Shown here piece after piece: positions 60,935 through 64,000 of a stretch of 64,000 nt of DNA. A program made the position numbers and the translations under genes. Every line of letters starts with the position of its first letter. Within the stretch, counting starts at the first letter, position 1. A model generated the notes under the pieces. It had not been told where the DNA came from, ran no database searches, and saw only the letters and a program-made list of their open reading frames with translations. The stretch lies in NCBI GenBank assembly GCA_963711565.1, contig CAVQEQ010000004.1:576001-640000 (forward strand), read 5' to 3'. This DNA comes from an uncultured delta proteobacterium (GTDB taxonomy: Bacteria; Desulfobacterota; Binatia; Binatales; Binataceae).

Positions 60935-60962
60935 CTAAATTACGGGCACAGCCTCGCTTGGC

Positions 60963-60990
60963 GAGGTACCCGTCATGAGGTACCCGTCAT
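60963..60990. repeat. 14-bp perfect tandem duplication
   Basis: GAGGTACCCGTCAT x2, between the precursor and kinase genes. Confidence 0.8.
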
Positions 60991-61115
60991 AAGGAACGAA
61001 ACCGTCTATCCGTGAAATGCCGAACTCGCCAGCGTTCACACCCAGCGCAAGATTGGTAATCGCGTGGACGTCGGAAGCTTTTTCGTACCTAAAATTTCCA
61101 AAGAGCCGGAAATTG

Positions 61116-61253
61116 CTAGCCGGGCTTCTTTAATGCGGCGCCATCAGTCGGAGTATGGGAACCGCCCGACTCGGTCAGCTTGGCGACGCTGCCATACTCT
61201 ATTAGGCGAGGACGAACATAGAGTCGCTTTGCTGGCTCTTGTTTCTTTTCCAT
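61116..61253 (-). CDS. Lasso peptide precursor
   Basis: MEKKQEPAKRLYVRPRLIEYGSVAKLTE|SGGSHTPTDGAALKKPG: exact YxxPxLxxxGxxxxxT leader motif, Thr at -2, core Ser1 with Asp9. Confidence 0.88.
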   Translation of the reverse strand: MEKKQEPAKRLYVRPRLIEYGSVAKLTESGGSHTPTDGAALKKPG

Positions 61254-61303
61254 CCGTTCTTCAGTGCTTCTGGTCATCCTCAACCCCCAACGTAGTGTGA
61301 CCA

Positions 61304-61333
61304 AACATAGCAACAGCAGCGATTGGATGTCAA
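61304..61333 (-). promoter_or_regulatory. Sigma70-like promoter for the lasso precursor
   Basis: Minus strand TTGACA-18 bp-TATGTT, with TG upstream of the -10. Confidence 0.5.
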
Positions 61334-61542
61334 GAAGACAGGTATCGAGATCATCATTATCGTTTTTCCCGGACAATCCATTTGTCCTAAAAAATCGCGG
61401 CGCGCACCTTTCAAGAAAATTCAGACGAGAATCCGGGGACTTGACATAGACCTAAAGTTCCAGATAGTCGCCCGCTCAGTTACGGTAGAGTTCGCGCCAG
61501 CTTCCGGCGTGAGCACGGTGAGGTGGGCGAGGGTGACAGGCG

Positions 61543-63264
61543 ATGCATGAACAAAACACCGATTCGCCTGGCGCCGCAGTCCCCGTCGCACCGATGCTCA
61601 TCTGCGTTGCGGCAGGATTGGCGCTCGCACTGACTCCGGCCCTGATTTGGCGAGTGAAAACCGGAGTTTGGGTGTGTCTGGCACAGCCGGAAATCCTCTA
61701 CTATCTGCAGATTGCGGGAGAGGCTTATTACAACCATCTCGGGCATATCAGCGATCCGACGATTGCCGGTGGGGTCTCATTTTACCCCTGGCTGCCTTTT
61801 GTTCCCGTTGTTTTTGTCGTGCACGTTTTCGGACTCAGTCTTTTCTCGGTCGCGCTGATTTGGTCGATTTTCGCCGGCGCGGGGGTTGGTGCGGTTTTGT
61901 ACCTGACATTTTGGCGGTTTTTGCGCCAACGTTGGATGGCGGCCGGGTTGACCATATTCTGCATGTCGGACTTCGGGTTTTGCGGTCGTTTCGTATTTCT
62001 TTTGCAGTTGAGGCAGTTGGCGATTGCGCTGGTCATCCATCCAGTTGGGCGTCTCATAACGATTCCCTTCGCTCAATGGCGCGCTCCGGATCCGTCGCTA
62101 GACCTGCCGTTTCTATTTTTCCAGATTCTCGCCGTATCGAACGCGCGCGAGCGTCCGCGGCGCCTGAACCTGTGGATATCAGGGGCAGCATTCGGGCTGC
62201 TCTTCTATGTCTTTTTCTACCTGTGGACGATGGTGGCGGTGGCCCTGGTCATCGCACTGCTGCTCGATCCCGCCGGCCGCAAAGCTTACGGTTGGACGCT
62301 GTTGATCGGCTCGGCCATCGGCATCCCGGATTTGGTTCTGAGCCTGCACTCGAGAGCGGCGGCGATTAACGAAGGGGTCGCGCGACTGGCGTTGTTTGTT
62401 CCCGCTGCGTCAAAGGCGCGTGACTATGATCTCGCCTTCCCGATCCTGACGGCAGTGTTTTTCGCCTTTGCAGGTTTCTGGATCTGGAAAACTCGCAGAT
62501 TCGAGTTGATCTATCTATTAAGCCTGGTGATCGCTGGATTGGTACTTGGCTACAGCCGCATGGTTACGCATGTTTTTTTTCATGAGTATCACTACATCTG
62601 GCTATGGTGGTCGATTCGACTCGTATTGGGACTGATCGTGGTCGCTGCTATCGCGGAACGCCGGATATCGCCGCGTGCGTGGCATGGGCCGGCGTTCGCG
62701 GCGTTTGCGCTGCTCTACCTGATCGGCGGAATCTACTTGAACGCTATCGACGTAACCCGCACTCGCTGGCGTAATCGACAGATACAGAACTTCGTCAGTT
62801 ACCGCACGCAGCGGATGGCGCCGGGTGTCTCTCCGCTGGTCCCGCGGTCGGTGCTCGCCGGATCGCAAGAGTTTTGCGAGTTGGCGGCGGTCGCCGAGAA
62901 TCAGCGTCAGCTCGCCGGGTGGATTTTGCCCCTGAGCGTGGCGCTCGATAATTCAGGTTGGGAGTCGAGAGCCGCCCTCAACGCCTATCTGAATGGAGTC
63001 AAGCGTGCAGACTTCGCCCGAGCGACTTCAGAAGAGGTGAAGGACGACTACTGGTTCGCCGAACAGCAACAGCCGCAACTGATGGAAGATTTCATGCGGA
63101 AATTTGATGAGGTGACGCGAGATCCCGACAAATTCATCCGCGCCCTCGATGTGCGCTATGTTGCGCTGCCTGCCGATCAGTCGCCGCCGCCCTACGTGGC
63201 GTCGCAATTCCGTATCCTCCAGCCGGGTCCCTACTGGCGCATCTGGCAAATCCAGCAACCGTGA
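61543..63264 (+). CDS. Polytopic membrane protein with soluble C-terminal domain (possibly GT-C-like)
   Basis: Many hydrophobic segments, a loop after TM1 (PEILYY...SDPT) and a C-terminal extramembrane domain ending DVRYVAL...WRIWQI. Confidence 0.7.
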   Translation: MHEQNTDSPGAAVPVAPMLICVAAGLALALTPALIWRVKTGVWVCLAQPEILYYLQIAGEAYYNHLGHISDPTIAGGVSFYPWLPFVPVVFVVHVFGLSLFSVALIWSIFAGAGVGAVLYLTFWRFLRQRWMAAGLTIFCMSDFGFCGRFVFLLQLRQLAIALVIHPVGRLITIPFAQWRAPDPSLDLPFLFFQILAVSNARERPRRLNLWISGAAFGLLFYVFFYLWTMVAVALVIALLLDPAGRKAYGWTLLIGSAIGIPDLVLSLHSRAAAINEGVARLALFVPAASKARDYDLAFPILTAVFFAFAGFWIWKTRRFELIYLLSLVIAGLVLGYSRMVTHVFFHEYHYIWLWWSIRLVLGLIVVAAIAERRISPRAWHGPAFAAFALLYLIGGIYLNAIDVTRTRWRNRQIQNFVSYRTQRMAPGVSPLVPRSVLAGSQEFCELAAVAENQRQLAGWILPLSVALDNSGWESRAALNAYLNGVKRADFARATSEEVKDDYWFAEQQQPQLMEDFMRKFDEVTRDPDKFIRALDVRYVALPADQSPPPYVASQFRILQPGPYWRIWQIQQP

Positions 63265-63281
63265 CTATGGACACAGCTCGC

Positions 63282-64000
63282 TTAGCTGCTTTCGGTCAGG
63301 TGCTTGAAGGGCTCGCTGATGCCCAGGAACACCACACTCAGCCAGAGTTCGACCGCAAGCACCATCCACAGATCGCAGACGTTGTTCATGTAAGAGGGGT
63401 CGCCGCGCGAGTACGCAGCGGCCATCGAGCGGTACCAGCCCCGAACTACTTCTCCTTCTACCCATCCGTTACTGACACAGTTGAGGCGATCGAACAGGCG
63501 CTCGCCACCATTTTCGATCAGCGCCATTGCGTGTAGTTCGGTCAGGCCGGCCTTGTCGGGCCGCATCCGCACCCGCTCCGGCAAAATCCCGCGCATCGAT
63601 CCGCGCAGCACGAACTTGGCAAAGTTTCCGCGACAAACCTGGCTGTAAGGGAGCGCGAACGCAAACTCCATCACGCGGCGGTCCAGCAGCGGATGGCGTC
63701 CCTCGAGTCGAAAACGCGATGTTCCGCGTTGATTGAGCTCGAGCACGTAAGGGAAGAATCCGGACGCGTAAACTCTGTACACGGCCTGCTGCGCGAAACT
63801 GCGGCATCGCGGCACCGGCGGTCGGGTCGCGAGCCGCTCCGATAGCTTTGTCCGAGCAGCGAATGCGCGCGACACCATCGGGTTGGGCTCCGGAGGATTC
63901 CGCCATCGTCTGATCACGGACTTGAGTCCTTCCGGCAGGAGTGGCGAGACTCCGTACCGCCGAAGAACCCTGGTGTAGCCCGGAAAGTCGGGCGCCCCGG
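63282..64000 (-). CDS. Lasso cyclase (asparagine-synthetase-like), C-terminal part; runs off the right edge
   Basis: Frame is open to 64000; RHPLLDRRVMEFAFALP...KFVLRGSMRGILPERVRMRPDK...LWMVLAVELWL. Confidence 0.88.
   Translation of the reverse strand, partial: GAPDFPGYTRVLRRYGVSPLLPEGLKSVIRRWRNPPEPNPMVSRAFAARTKLSERLATRPPVPRCRSFAQQAVYRVYASGFFPYVLELNQRGTSRFRLEGRHPLLDRRVMEFAFALPYSQVCRGNFAKFVLRGSMRGILPERVRMRPDKAGLTELHAMALIENGGERLFDRLNCVSNGWVEGEVVRGWYRSMAAAYSRGDPSYMNNVCDLWMVLAVELWLSVVFLGISEPFKHLTESS

Noticed and set aside
61254-61376. N-terminal extension of the lasso precursor ORF (86 aa version)
   Set aside because: It overlaps the predicted promoter; the ATG at 61253 (or 61277) gives a typical precursor length.

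Overview
High-GC bacterial chromosomal window. The gene content (tandem DUF1329 paralogs, cyclase-STAND proteins, Ig-like/ASH-domain surface proteins with Thr/Pro linkers) suggests Candidatus Binatota/Binataceae or a relative; this is an inference. Left to right: a truncated surface-protein gene; a cluster of REP-like palindromes; a candidate HEPN-like ORF and an orphan HigA; two parS-consensus sites; JAB peptidase, frameshifted panE-like and divergent DHODH-like genes; tRNA-Glu followed by a 4.6 kb integrase-less islet (split S53 protease) closed by a copy of the tRNA 3' end; two STAND proteins with paralogous sensor domains (cyclase vs wHTH output) flanking a GST; a PlcP/LpxH-like plus MGDG-synthase-like pair; a CHASE2-PP2C/STAS/RsbW/FecR/OmpA partner-switch module; vapBC; three mosaic DUF1329 genes with repeated promoter, leader and terminator; chromate transporters; gabT; mntP with a yybP-ykoY riboswitch; a RelE-like TA pair; a sulfo-glycan locus (3 sulfotransferases, 3 GT2, methyltransferase, UDP-sulfoquinovose synthase plus a relic of a second copy); a sigma54 activator; tRNA-Lys; a BVMO; and at the right end a lasso-peptide cluster (cyclase, precursor, HPr-kinase-like kinase, nucleotidyltransferase). 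The strongest candidate for an undescribed system is this lasso cluster, whose predicted core (SGGSHTPTDGAALKKPG) lacks the C-terminal Ser that known lasso kinases modify, possibly working with the neighbouring sulfo-glycosylation genes. All family calls come from motif recognition by eye, not database searches.
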